Below are positions 27,713-37,480 of a stretch of 39,982 nucleotides of DNA, piece by piece. Position 1 is the stretch's first letter. Every line of letters starts with the position of its first letter. The position numbers were made by a program, and so were the translations under genes. Below the pieces are notes generated by a model. That model worked only from the letters and a program-made list of their open reading frames with translations, was not told the DNA's origin and did not search any database. The stretch comes from Candidatus Thorarchaeota archaeon (GTDB lineage: Archaea > Asgardarchaeota > Thorarchaeia > Thorarchaeales > Thorarchaeaceae), in contig JAEORO010000050.1 of assembly GCA_016840855.1 (NCBI GenBank), forward strand, positions 1 to 39,982. Direction: 5' to 3'.

Positions 27713-28707
27713 CCATACAAGTGGCAAGCGACCATCCTCCCATCTCCTAAGTCCAGCAATTCTGGCTCTTCATTGGGGCATCTTTCAAATGCTTTCGGAC
27801 ATCTTGGATGAAATCTACAGCCACTTGGGGGATTTATTGGACTAGGGATTTCTCCTCTTGGTACTGCTTCTGCTTTCTTCACTTGTGGATTGGGAACTGG
27901 AATAGCACTCATCAAACCCACAGAATATGGATGGAGGGGATCTTCGTAAATACTATCTTTGTCAGCAACCTCTACAATCTTCCCAAGATACATGACGGCA
28001 ATTCTGTCACAAACATGCCTTGATGTTGCTAGGTCGTGAGAGATGAAGAGATATGTTAGGTTGAGCTCTTTCTTGAGATCCATCATCAAATCAAGAATTT
28101 GAGCTTTAATAGACACATCAACCATCGCAACTGGTTCATCTGTTACTACAAATTCTGGATTCAGGATTATTGCTCTTCCGAACACAACTCTCTGTTTTTG
28201 GCCACCTGATAATTGGTGGGGAAGACGGTTGTAGAACGAGCTCGCAGGTGAAAGACCAACACGTTCTAGTATCTCCTCTGTTCGCTGAAATCTCTCTTTT
28301 GAATCGCCAATTCCTTGAAGTCTAAGAGCATCTCCTATTGCATTCCCAATTCCAAGTCTGGGATTTAGGGAAGATGTGGGGTCTTGGAAAGTGAACTGTA
28401 TTCGTCTTCTAATCATTCGCAATTCTCTACCCTTCAGCTTTGCGATGTCCTTTCCATCATAGATGATTTCCCCCTCTGTAGGTCTGAGTAATCTGACACA
28501 CAGTCTCCCGGTCGTCGTCTTTCCTGATCCACTCTCCCCAGCTAAACCTAAAACTTCTCCCTTCTTGATTTTAAAAGAAATACCATCCACTGCCCTCACA
28601 TATTGCGCATCTCTCGCCATCAACGAGTCGATAAAACCCTTTGTTACTGGAAAATACTTCTTGATATTTCTTACTTCAACCAGTGTCAAGTTATTAATTC
28701 CCTCCAA
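27709..28707 (-). CDS. dppF: ABC peptide transporter ATPase (DppF/OppF)
   Basis: GESGSGKT, LSGGQKQ, TDEP, ISHD, HPY, GCRFHPRC. Confidence 0.95.
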   Translation of the reverse strand: MEGINNLTLVEVRNIKKYFPVTKGFIDSLMARDAQYVRAVDGISFKIKKGEVLGLAGESGSGKTTTGRLCVRLLRPTEGEIIYDGKDIAKLKGRELRMIRRRIQFTFQDPTSSLNPRLGIGNAIGDALRLQGIGDSKERFQRTEEILERVGLSPASSFYNRLPHQLSGGQKQRVVFGRAIILNPEFVVTDEPVAMVDVSIKAQILDLMMDLKKELNLTYLFISHDLATSRHVCDRIAVMYLGKIVEVADKDSIYEDPLHPYSVGLMSAIPVPNPQVKKAEAVPRGEIPSPINPPSGCRFHPRCPKAFERCPNEEPELLDLGDGRMVACHLYG

Positions 28708-29704
28708 AAAGATGGCAAGCTACAAGCCTACCTTCACCAGTAGTAATCAAGTCTGGTTGTGTTGTTCTGCAGATTTCCATAGCATGTGGGCATCTGGGAT
28801 TGTACATACATCCTGGTACTGGATTAACCAAATCCGGTGGAGCTCCAGGAATCCATGTGAGCTTCTTTTCTGGATGTGTAACATCTGGAACAGACTCGAG
28901 GAGTGCTTTTGCATATGGGTGTAATGGATCTTCGAAAAGTGATTCAGTAGGAGAGAGTTCCATAATCCTACCTGTGTACATAATTGCTATGTCATCAGCA
29001 GTTTGCGCAAGCACACCAAGATTGTGTGTAATTAGAATCATGGTAAGGTTGAACAACTCCTTAAGTTCTGCTACCTCTTCGAGTATCTGAGCCTCCACAA
29101 TTACGTCAAGTGATGTTGTTGGCTCATCTGCGATCAGCAATTTGGGTCGAAGTGCAAGTGCAAGTCCAATCATGACTCGTTGTCGCATACCTCCACTAAA
29201 TTGATGCGGATAATCTGTTATCCTCTCTGGAAGGATGCCCAGACCATCGAGAATCTCGTAAGCTCTGCCAGTAATTTCCTCTTCTTCAATATCTGGATAG
29301 TGTGCTTTCATTATCTCCTCAAAATGAGTTTCGATTCTTATCATTGGATTCAATGAAGTCATTGGATCTTGAAAGATATACGCGATTTCCTTTCCCCGGA
29401 GGCCTCTCATTTCATCATCATCAAGGTCTAGTATGTTCACGATGCCTTTCGGAATCACTCCCTTTGCATACTCAACATCATCATGAAGGAGTAGATCTAT
29501 CCGTCCATTGACAATTTGACCTGGGTATGGAACTAGTTTCATTATCGATCTTCCGAGTGTACTCTTACCACAACCACTTTCTCCAGCCAGTCCAAGGGTT
29601 TTGTTCTCTTCAAGAGAGAGTGACACATTATCCACTCCTCTCGCGACGCCTCTTCGAGTTTTGTACTCTACAGTTAAATCTTGAATTCTGAGAAGTGTAC
29701 TCAC
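28694..29704 (-). CDS. dppD: ABC peptide transporter ATPase (DppD/OppD)
   Basis: GESGCGKS, FSGGMRQ, ADEPTTSLD, ITHN, HPY. Confidence 0.95.
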   Translation of the reverse strand: MSTLLRIQDLTVEYKTRRGVARGVDNVSLSLEENKTLGLAGESGCGKSTLGRSIMKLVPYPGQIVNGRIDLLLHDDVEYAKGVIPKGIVNILDLDDDEMRGLRGKEIAYIFQDPMTSLNPMIRIETHFEEIMKAHYPDIEEEEITGRAYEILDGLGILPERITDYPHQFSGGMRQRVMIGLALALRPKLLIADEPTTSLDVIVEAQILEEVAELKELFNLTMILITHNLGVLAQTADDIAIMYTGRIMELSPTESLFEDPLHPYAKALLESVPDVTHPEKKLTWIPGAPPDLVNPVPGCMYNPRCPHAMEICRTTQPDLITTGEGRLVACHLFGGN

Positions 29705-29710
29705 TCTAAA

Positions 29711-30979
29711 TCACTCCTTTAATTTTGGCGTTAGGACTTCATTCAATCCTTCTCCAGCTAGCGTGAACCCAAGTGCAAGAATGACTATCATTAATCCTGG
29801 ATATGTGATTACCCACCACTTTCCAGCTATGTACTGATGCGACCCAAATGTGAGGTCCCATCCCCAATCTGGCACATCGACTGGTAATCCTAAACCAACA
29901 AAGGTCAAACCTGCTGCAGTCAAAATCGCATCAGCAAAGTTGATTGACATCACGACAACAGCAGATGGAAGCACATTCGGTAGAATATATCGAAACAGTA
30001 TATCTCTATCACGCGCTCCCAAAACTATAGCAGCTTCTACATATGGAAGTTCTTTAACAGTGAGCACTTGACTACGAATCACCCTGAAGTATGAAGGTAT
30101 GTATACAACTGCGATTGCAAGAGCCATATTAAGGACTCCTGGACCGAGCATTGCAGCGATGGCAATAGCTAGAACTAACCCGGGAAAAGCAAATATGCTG
30201 TCCATAACTAAAGCCACTGCTTTATCGGTACTCCCTCCTCTATATGATGCTCCAAGACCTAACGGAACTCCAATAGAAAAGCAAACGATGACTGATAGTA
30301 CAGCGACTTGGAGCATTATGCTTCCACCAGCAATAGTCCTGCTTAGAAGGTCTTGTCCAAGCGATGTTGTACCAAGGGGAAAACTCTCTGACGGAGGTGA
30401 AATATAAGGTCCAACATCTAGAGCACTTGGGTCAAATGGTACAATCCACCAGGATATACCTGTCATATACACTATAGCTAATACAATCATGAGACCCGCG
30501 ATAGTAACATATCCTGGTGATCCCCGCTCCTTGAGTATTGGATAGCCATCGTAAAGGAGGATAACAATAACACCAAGAATAGTTCCTCCCAAAACTAACG
30601 ATACTGATAGATTCTGTTCACTTTCTGGAACCCAAAAGAATCCTAATAATGCCGAAGCAAAACCTAGTATAATAAATATCAAAACAACAAACAGCCAACC
30701 TCTTCTTGGTGTCATCTGATAGTTTTGAATTCTATATCTACGATATGCGCTTGAGAGAAGAATAATGAAGGCACAGAGACCTGTGAACCCAATAACCCAC
30801 ACACCTATTCCACTATTGGAACGCAATGCAAGCCCTATGAAAGAAGCAATGACCACTAATGATCCGATTACGATGATTGCAAGTCCAATGAGAAAATTGC
30901 GAGACCGTTCCTTCCAGTCTCCTGTTTTTGGAATCAGGAAATAGAATACGCCACTAATTGCTTTGCCTTGTTGTGACAC
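29711..30979 (-). CDS. dppC: ABC peptide transporter permease (DppC/OppC) with an N-terminal 4-TM extension
   Basis: LGTTSLGQDLLSR, YVEAAIVLGA, PDWG, GEGLNEVLTP. Confidence 0.93.
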   Translation of the reverse strand: MSQQGKAISGVFYFLIPKTGDWKERSRNFLIGLAIIVIGSLVVIASFIGLALRSNSGIGVWVIGFTGLCAFIILLSSAYRRYRIQNYQMTPRRGWLFVVLIFIILGFASALLGFFWVPESEQNLSVSLVLGGTILGVIVILLYDGYPILKERGSPGYVTIAGLMIVLAIVYMTGISWWIVPFDPSALDVGPYISPPSESFPLGTTSLGQDLLSRTIAGGSIMLQVAVLSVIVCFSIGVPLGLGASYRGGSTDKAVALVMDSIFAFPGLVLAIAIAAMLGPGVLNMALAIAVVYIPSYFRVIRSQVLTVKELPYVEAAIVLGARDRDILFRYILPNVLPSAVVVMSINFADAILTAAGLTFVGLGLPVDVPDWGWDLTFGSHQYIAGKWWVITYPGLMIVILALGFTLAGEGLNEVLTPKLKE

Positions 30980-30991
30980 TCTTCTTTCACC

Positions 30992-32002
30992 TCATAATCG
31001 AATTCTTGGGTCCAGATATGCATACAAGAGATCAAGGACAAGTGTTACAAGAGAAACAAGTATCCCAAAGAACACAACAACTCCCTGAATAGCTGTGTAA
31101 TCTCTGTGAGCAATCCTTTGGACCAAATAGGTCCCCAACCCTGGCCAGCTAAAGGTAGTTTCTGTAAGTATAGCTCCAGCTAAAAGGGCGGCAAACTGGA
31201 GACCAATCATGGTAAGAATAGGTAGGAAGGCATTCTTCAATGCGTATGTGTATGTAATCTTGCTTGAAGAAAGTCCACGTGCTTCTGCAGCCACTACAAA
31301 GTCCTGACGAAGGGTTTCAAGCATATTTGTTCGTGTTAATCTGATGAATATCCCACATAGAATCGTACCAAGTGTAATCGTTGGTAGTATCAAATACCTC
31401 AAGGATACAATGAATCCCGTAATGTTACCAGTTAGTAAGCTATCAATAGTATACATTCCCGTGATTGTCGTAGGTGTGGCATAGTGTGGGTCAAATCGGG
31501 TCCCTGTTGGTAAAATATGAAGCCAGATTGAGAAGACAATCTGAAGAATCATTCCGAGGAAAAACACTGGGATGGCATATGTGACAATTCCAAACATTCT
31601 GATTCCATAATCTTGGGCTTTGTCATAATTCTTTGCAGATTTGACACCCAATGCGACGCCAAGAAGGACTGCATAGAGCATAGAGTAAATTGTCAACTCT
31701 AGTGTGGCCGGGAACCTAACCGAAATGTGTTGGCTAATTGGTGTAAAGTCCTGCATAGATAGTCCAAAATCACCAAATGGAAGTCCTGCTAGATAATTGA
31801 AAAATTGCATATATATTGGTACATCTAGACCAAGCACTCTCCGGAATTCTTCAAGGGTTTCTGGACTAACATTCCTTTCAAAATGGAGAAGCGCTGGATC
31901 TCCTGGGAGAATCCGAACAATAATAAATACAAACGTGAGTAGTAACATTATCATTGGTATAGTCATAAGGACTCGCGTGACTACATAGGACTTGAGAGAC
32001 AT
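30992..32002 (-). CDS. dppB: ABC peptide transporter permease (DppB/OppB)
   Basis: Starts MSLKSYVVTR; PGDPA, GLDVP, FPATLEL, DFVVAAEARGL, LDPRIRL. Confidence 0.95.
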   Translation of the reverse strand: MSLKSYVVTRVLMTIPMIMLLLTFVFIIVRILPGDPALLHFERNVSPETLEEFRRVLGLDVPIYMQFFNYLAGLPFGDFGLSMQDFTPISQHISVRFPATLELTIYSMLYAVLLGVALGVKSAKNYDKAQDYGIRMFGIVTYAIPVFFLGMILQIVFSIWLHILPTGTRFDPHYATPTTITGMYTIDSLLTGNITGFIVSLRYLILPTITLGTILCGIFIRLTRTNMLETLRQDFVVAAEARGLSSSKITYTYALKNAFLPILTMIGLQFAALLAGAILTETTFSWPGLGTYLVQRIAHRDYTAIQGVVVFFGILVSLVTLVLDLLYAYLDPRIRL

Positions 32003-32077
32003 TTTTTTCACCGATATTACTAGTGTGCGAGTTGCATTCCCTTTTTTAACCCCTTCTACTAACGTAAAATTTTGGGT

Positions 32078-32120
32078 GAAAGAAAAAAGAGTAAGAGAAT
32101 GGCAGGCAGAATCGCCTACC
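32078..32120 (-). terminator. Hairpin plus U-rich tract between the binding-protein and permease genes
   Basis: Minus strand GGTAGGC-GATTCT-GCCTGCC (one G-U pair), then ATTCTCTTACTCTTTTTTCTTTC. Confidence 0.6.
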
Positions 32121-32156
32121 AAATCTCTGTTCTTAACATTTTAGAGTATATCGGAT

Positions 32157-33803
32157 TTAGGTCATGTAGATTAACCAGTGTCGCCAACTAACTGTGATAT
32201 CAAGAACGATACCACCTACATTGGGTTTCGAAACTGCAACAGTACTGCTCTGCCAAAGTGGTACTACTGAGCATTCCTCAGCTTGAAGTTGCTGGAGGTC
32301 AAGGTAGGCTGCTTCTCTAGCAGCATCTGTTGTTGCACTCCTTCCATCTAGCCATAGGTTATATTGAGCAATTCCGCCAGCTGGGTATGTATCATTATAA
32401 CCTAGATTCAGCCAGCTAGCAAACGGAAGGAATTCGTAGTTGTCTGGATCTATGAAGTCTGGATACCAGCCATAGATGAAGACGGGCATTGAACCTTCGT
32501 TCCTAGCAAGTCGGAATGTTGGCCATTCCAGTCCGTTGAGGTTAACTGTAATGACTCCACTTGCCTCCCAATCCGCCTTGTAAACCTGCGCCTGTTCAAG
32601 ACTCTGTGGATAGTGTCCAGAACTCTCATAATAGAGTTCTAGCACGAGTGGGTGTGTTGCATTGTAGCCATAAGGTGCAAGCATTGATTGAGTGTAGGTG
32701 TAGTTAGCTCTTCCATAAACATCGAATGTTGGACTGTGATATGCCATTCCTTCAGGAATCATGCTATACAATTCATCAAATGTTCCAAGGAAGACTGATT
32801 CAACAACATGTGACCTGTTTAAGGCCGCAGTAATTCCTCTTCTGATATCAGTAACGTTGTAGGGATAGATATCTTGCTGGAAACAGAGATATTGTATCTG
32901 TGCTCCGACACCTTCCCAAACCTTCACAGCAGTATTCTCTTTGAACGCAGCAATCTGCGTCGCAGTTAGTTGACGATAGGCAATATCAATCTCACCTGAG
33001 GTCATCGCTGCTGCTAAGGCAGAGTCGGATGCATACATTTTGATTACAATTGTGTTGGTCTTTGGATAACCCGCTGCAGCATCCCAATAATTAGGATTCT
33101 TCACAAGTCTGATCTCTTCGTCACTTCCACCAACACGAGTCCAACTTTCTAGCAGATATGGTCCTAATGCGCAAGGAGTGAGTGGATCGCCATCGGTGTT
33201 GTATGTGACAAGTTCATCCAAAGGTGCGATAGCTCTATCGACCATGTATGATGCTTGACACGCCATTAGTTGCAGGAAGGGTGCGAATGGAATTTGTAGG
33301 TAGAATCTCACGACAAACTCACTCACGATTGTGACATTATCAATGATTCCGCCATCTCCTGCATATCCCATGTTAAGCTGTGGTCCATCAAGCTCCCACA
33401 GACCATTACCTGTTAGGTTACAGTTCCTATCAAAGGTGTATTTTACATCTGTAGCATTGAATTCTCTACCATCAGGGAATAAGACACCTTCACGTAGTGT
33501 GAAGTCCCATATTGTGCCGCCAGCAGTAGATTCCCACGACGTAGCCAACGCAGGCGTTATATCCTCAGCACTGGCTTCTGAACCGGGTTCTATATCCACC
33601 AAGCCTGAGCTCAGTGACATGATCATCTCCCAACCAAAGTAGTCGTATGACTGGGCCATATCGAGACTAGACTCCACCGAGTCAGTTGTGCCGACTATGA
33701 TCAAATCTGCAAAAGGTGGTGGAGCAAGAAAGATCATATACCCAGCAACACCGCCTACAATGACTATGATGAGCACTATAGCGATGATTTGGTTTCTTTC
33801 CAA
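32157..33803 (-). CDS. dppA: ABC peptide substrate-binding protein (SBP family 5), N-terminally anchored
   Basis: PALATSW, FTLREGV.F.DG..FNA.DVKYTF, GPY, GWYPDFIDPDNY; TTG start after SD GAGGAGGT. Confidence 0.95.
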   Translation of the reverse strand: MERNQIIAIVLIIVIVGGVAGYMIFLAPPPFADLIIVGTTDSVESSLDMAQSYDYFGWEMIMSLSSGLVDIEPGSEASAEDITPALATSWESTAGGTIWDFTLREGVLFPDGREFNATDVKYTFDRNCNLTGNGLWELDGPQLNMGYAGDGGIIDNVTIVSEFVVRFYLQIPFAPFLQLMACQASYMVDRAIAPLDELVTYNTDGDPLTPCALGPYLLESWTRVGGSDEEIRLVKNPNYWDAAAGYPKTNTIVIKMYASDSALAAAMTSGEIDIAYRQLTATQIAAFKENTAVKVWEGVGAQIQYLCFQQDIYPYNVTDIRRGITAALNRSHVVESVFLGTFDELYSMIPEGMAYHSPTFDVYGRANYTYTQSMLAPYGYNATHPLVLELYYESSGHYPQSLEQAQVYKADWEASGVITVNLNGLEWPTFRLARNEGSMPVFIYGWYPDFIDPDNYEFLPFASWLNLGYNDTYPAGGIAQYNLWLDGRSATTDAAREAAYLDLQQLQAEECSVVPLWQSSTVAVSKPNVGGIVLDITVSWRHWLIYMT

Positions 33804-33875
33804 GTGTTATATACCTCCTCTTATACCGTGCGATAATTATCTACAACGGAAGAAGTATTTCTCAGTTACACACTT

Positions 33876-33927
33876 GTCTATATAAAGGAACACCTCTGCG
33901 TACAACATGTGAGCTGTCGTACACATG
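33876..33927 (-). promoter_or_regulatory. TATA box with an upstream inverted repeat for the second dpp operon
   Basis: Minus strand CCTTTATATAG near 33878-33888; CATGTG-N10-CACATG at 33906-33927. Confidence 0.45.
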
Positions 33928-33986
33928 CAAACAGATCTTGTTGAGGTTTTTGTGAAAATCTCTTATACCCAATAATGTAACAAGGA

Positions 33987-34220
33987 CTAGTCTATTTGGT
34001 CTTCCTCTATCATAATGGGTGGATTTTTTCTGATAAAATAGAGCGCATAGAACAATGATGCAAAAGCAACAGAGAAGGCTGCAGAAACTATGATAATGAG
34101 GTCAACTAGACCTAGAATCAAGATGAATCCAAGAGCGATATAGAGGAGCACATTCATCCAGAGTAGTCGTTTATAGTGATTTCTGTCATATTCATCATAG
34201 ACGAGAATGACATCACCCAT
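33987..34220 (-). CDS. Small 2-TM membrane protein
   Basis: 77 aa with a hydrophobic hairpin and an acidic tail. Confidence 0.65.
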   Translation of the reverse strand: MGDVILVYDEYDRNHYKRLLWMNVLLYIALGFILILGLVDLIIIVSAAFSVAFASLFYALYFIRKNPPIMIEEDQID

Positions 34221-34336
34221 CTCGATTCTCCCAATCTCTAATTTGACTCAAACCTATATCAACTATCTGATTACTTGAGATGCTGATGAATTACTTCGAT
34301 TTATTCTGTTGCTAACTCTGTGTCTTTTTTTGATAA

Positions 34337-34756
34337 CTAAAACTCTAGAATCTCTCTGACTTTCTTCTCAAGATCGCTTGGTGACACTATTATTGCAAAC
34401 TCTGCAGCCTCGCCTAGTAGTTCTTTTGCTTCTTCTTTGTATTCGCTGGGGACGACTACAAGGACTGGAATGTTGTATGCCTTTGCAGGATAGAGCAAAT
34501 CTATTGGTCGAAATCCTCTATGAATATCAACTCCCATAGTAATCGTTTTTGTAGATTTATCTTCACACTCTCTCAAAGGGGGTAGCAGCTTATGCAAATA
34601 TCCGATAATTAGATCTACATCGCCGGGCTCAATATGAGACGCGTTCTTTCCATGTCCATCCCATTCATTCGCTAATGGAAGTGTACAAAATCCACTGGCA
34701 ACGATTTTCGTTAATAATTGTGAATCAGTTCCTTCAAAATATCCAACTATTTTCAT
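34337..34756 (-). CDS. Hypothetical alpha/beta protein, possibly a degenerate receiver-like fold
   Basis: SD AGGAGGT; VDLIIG, IPVLVVV and DLEKKVREIL patterns. Confidence 0.75.
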   Translation of the reverse strand: MKIVGYFEGTDSQLLTKIVASGFCTLPLANEWDGHGKNASHIEPGDVDLIIGYLHKLLPPLRECEDKSTKTITMGVDIHRGFRPIDLLYPAKAYNIPVLVVVPSEYKEEAKELLGEAAEFAIIVSPSDLEKKVREILEF

Positions 34757-35029
34757 CTCTTAACCTCCTATAGCTATAGTGCTTTTATGACTAATAATCC
34801 TTCTATCTGGGATTAATTTTACCTCATGTTTTTATGATGATAACTAATAGTTTCAATATTCTGCGTAAAATCCTGAGGTATGCCTTAGTAAATTTTGCAG
34901 TCATATACACACAAACAATGCGTAAATATAAACTAATAGCAAATATTTCTGTGCGTGGAGCTCTGATTGTCACAACAAAGCAGGTGCTTTGCGAAGGGTT
35001 GCATGCACACTTTCTTCTATTTATGATTG

Positions 35030-35069
35030 AAAAGTAAAGAGAATATGAGGAGCCTCAAGGCAAGGCTCC
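35030..35069 (-). terminator. Hairpin terminator after the ABC-2 operon
   Basis: GGAGCCT (35049-35055) / AGGCTCC (35063-35069), followed on the minus strand by TCATATTCTCTTTACTTTTC. Confidence 0.55.
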
Positions 35070-35126
35070 ATCAGAATCATTGGATTACTCGATTAGCTCG
35101 AAATCCTCTTTCGCTGGGATCTACGG

Positions 35127-35639
35127 TCATTGAGTACCTCTGTTTTTCCAATCAAGTGCTCGTTTTATGAATGACCATGGCATCACAAATAGGATTCCCA
35201 CAACCACTATCGTAAATCCAGGAAAAAGGATACCACTGCTTGGCTTTATTTTATTAACACCTATTTCAATGCCGATTGTTTCTCCCTCAGATGGTGTGAC
35301 TAACACTCCATACCACCCGGGTATCCACACAAGTAATACACCTTCATAAGAAGTTATATTTTCTAACGCAAAAAGTACCCTGCACCCCTCCATGGACCCG
35401 TTTTGCTGAATCATCTTGATCACATCATCAAAGCTCAGGATATACAATGAGAATGGGATTTGACCATGTGATTCGACCTCTAGGAATATATCACCCGAGG
35501 CTCTGACAATGAGTCCTGCATATTCTCCAAAGCTCACATCAGGTCCCGTTCCATAACGAACAGCTCCTATAAAAGATGCAAGAATGAGTGTTGTTCCAAT
35601 CATCACTATAGATAGACCCAGACGTTTCTGAATTTGCAT
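35127..35639 (-). CDS. 2-TM protein with an extracellular beta-rich domain (ABC-2 accessory)
   Basis: N- and C-terminal TM segments around a beta-rich segment (PFSLYIL, PGWYGVLV); its start overlaps the permease stop. Confidence 0.8.
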   Translation of the reverse strand: MQIQKRLGLSIVMIGTTLILASFIGAVRYGTGPDVSFGEYAGLIVRASGDIFLEVESHGQIPFSLYILSFDDVIKMIQQNGSMEGCRVLFALENITSYEGVLLVWIPGWYGVLVTPSEGETIGIEIGVNKIKPSSGILFPGFTIVVVGILFVMPWSFIKRALDWKNRGTQ

Positions 35640-36448
35640 TATACATCTACCTCCTCAAAGACAAAAACACTCACAACTAACAGGATCAGACCTAGAAGCA
35701 GGCTGCCCAATAGACCTGCAAACATGTCCAGTGAGGTCACCAACTCCCCTGCTCCGTTCAGGTATCTGGCAATGAGCTGAACAGGATTGAGAATTCCATC
35801 AGTCAATCTGAATTCAGCACTGGTTGATGATATGAACAAGACTGCAATCCAAATACCAATACCTCCTACAGAGGAGATTCCAACGCGTTTTGATGCAACA
35901 GCCAATAAAATCGCACTGGAGGTGATGGACAGACAGACGGCCAAAAAAGCGATGACAAACAGTATTAATTCAATGACTGGTATGCGACCGAGATAGAATG
36001 CACCGATGGAAATGACTGCTGTTAAAAAGAATGATGAAGCTAACAGAATAACAATGATCGCAGCTTTTGTTACTAAGAGTGTTTTCCTAGAAATAGGATA
36101 GGAGATTAGTGTTTCTAATAATCCATTCTCAAAACTAGCTGCAAGACTAAAAGAGATCAACAATGGTATAGCAAATGCCACTGTATAAGTCGCCATAGTC
36201 ATAATTATCATGAGCGCATTCGATGCCTCTCTCTGGGCCAACTCCAAGTAGTAATTCGATAGTATTGTCCCGTTGAACCCGGACCCTGGTATTATTGAAA
36301 TGTATGGGTCGAACATCTGAGCTCCAAGACATATCCCAACAGAGAGGAAAACAAAGACTGAAACAATAGTTTCTGGTGTCGGAAATGAGAATGATATTCC
36401 CCAGTCAAGAGATGCAATGGCCTGTAGGTTTGGCTTTTCATTTTTCAT
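35639..36448 (-). CDS. ABC-2 type transporter permease
   Basis: 6 TM segments with FENGLLETLISYPISRKTLLVTK; starts at MKNEKP, overlapping the end of the ATPase gene. Confidence 0.9.
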   Translation of the reverse strand: MKNEKPNLQAIASLDWGISFSFPTPETIVSVFVFLSVGICLGAQMFDPYISIIPGSGFNGTILSNYYLELAQREASNALMIIMTMATYTVAFAIPLLISFSLAASFENGLLETLISYPISRKTLLVTKAAIIVILLASSFFLTAVISIGAFYLGRIPVIELILFVIAFLAVCLSITSSAILLAVASKRVGISSVGGIGIWIAVLFISSTSAEFRLTDGILNPVQLIARYLNGAGELVTSLDMFAGLLGSLLLGLILLVVSVFVFEEVDV

Positions 36449-37361
36449 CTCTAACCAACTCCCTGAAGGCATCCTCCAAAGTGTCCGCACGCTCAATCGC
36501 ATACACCTGAACTCCCAAGCGTTTTGCAGATTTTCGCACCATTGTTTCAACCTCTGAGATGTTCTCTGTATCGATTCTGATTGTAATTATGTTAGCTCCT
36601 GAGATTTGGCTATTAAGAACGCCACTCACTTGCCGCACCGTGGTGATTAATCTCTTAGGATCAGAAGTGAGGATTCTGAATCTCTTTGCGGTGTACCTCT
36701 GGACTGTTTCGTGGACACCACCTGCTTCAATCACTCTTCCTTCTCTTAGAATTGCGACGCCGTGGCATACCCTCTCAATGTCAGAGAGTATATGAGAGGC
36801 TATAACAAATGAGACATCGGTTTCATTATGAATGTCCAAAATCATTCTAGAAACGGCATCACGACCATCCACATCGAGGTTAGAGGATGGCTCATCCAAG
36901 AACACAAGCTCGGGATTTCCAACAAGTGATTGTGCAACTCCTAACCGCTGTAGCATTCCAGCTGAAAGCGTTTTGATTCGTCTGTCACTAGCATCAGAGA
37001 GATTGACCATAGAAAGTACTCTCTCAGTGTTCCCCCGTATATTATATAGTCGTTCAACCCTGCTCAAATATGCTTGGACAGTCATTTGACTCGGATATGA
37101 TGGTCTTTCATGGAGAACACCTACACTCTGCCGAATTTTGAGGGAATCGTGTTGTATATCATGTCCTAACACCTCTCCACTTCCACCATCAAGTTTTACC
37201 AGACCTAGAAGTACTTTTAAAAAAGTGGTCTTTCCCGCTCCATTCGGGCCTATAATTCCAAAAATCCCGCGGTCAATCTTCAAACTGACCCCATCAAGTG
37301 CTCTAATAGTACCATAATTTTTAGTCATCTCTGAAACCAAAATGATATGCTTTTCGTTCAT
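36438..37361 (-). CDS. ABC-2 (multidrug/bacteriocin-type) transporter ATPase
   Basis: GPNGAGKTT, LSAGMLQ, FLDEP, SHILSDIERVC, TLEDAF. Confidence 0.95.
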   Translation of the reverse strand: MNEKHIILVSEMTKNYGTIRALDGVSLKIDRGIFGIIGPNGAGKTTFLKVLLGLVKLDGGSGEVLGHDIQHDSLKIRQSVGVLHERPSYPSQMTVQAYLSRVERLYNIRGNTERVLSMVNLSDASDRRIKTLSAGMLQRLGVAQSLVGNPELVFLDEPSSNLDVDGRDAVSRMILDIHNETDVSFVIASHILSDIERVCHGVAILREGRVIEAGGVHETVQRYTAKRFRILTSDPKRLITTVRQVSGVLNSQISGANIITIRIDTENISEVETMVRKSAKRLGVQVYAIERADTLEDAFRELVRDEK

Positions 37362-37450
37362 AGCCCTTCATCCACAATCAGTATTGATAACATCCAAGTT
37401 GATTATGGTTCTATCTTTGATTCTCTGATGCTACTCTTTAGTTTTGTGGG

Positions 37451-37466
37451 TTAAAAAAAAAGAGAT
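37451..37466 (-). terminator. Oligo-T terminator after the secreted-protein gene
   Basis: A run of 9 T on the minus strand (37453-37461), about 20 nt after the stop. Confidence 0.6.
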
Positions 37467-37480
37467 TCTATTATTGGTTG

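Noticed and set aside
32003-32122. N-terminal extension of the second dppB in the ORF track
   Set aside because: It spans a terminator-like hairpin and U-tracts, and family similarity starts at MSLKSY. The extended starts at 2950, 4622, 12738, 20844 and 36550 were rejected similarly.
34834-35037. 67-aa plus-strand ORF
   Set aside because: No SD, AT-rich intergenic composition and no motif.
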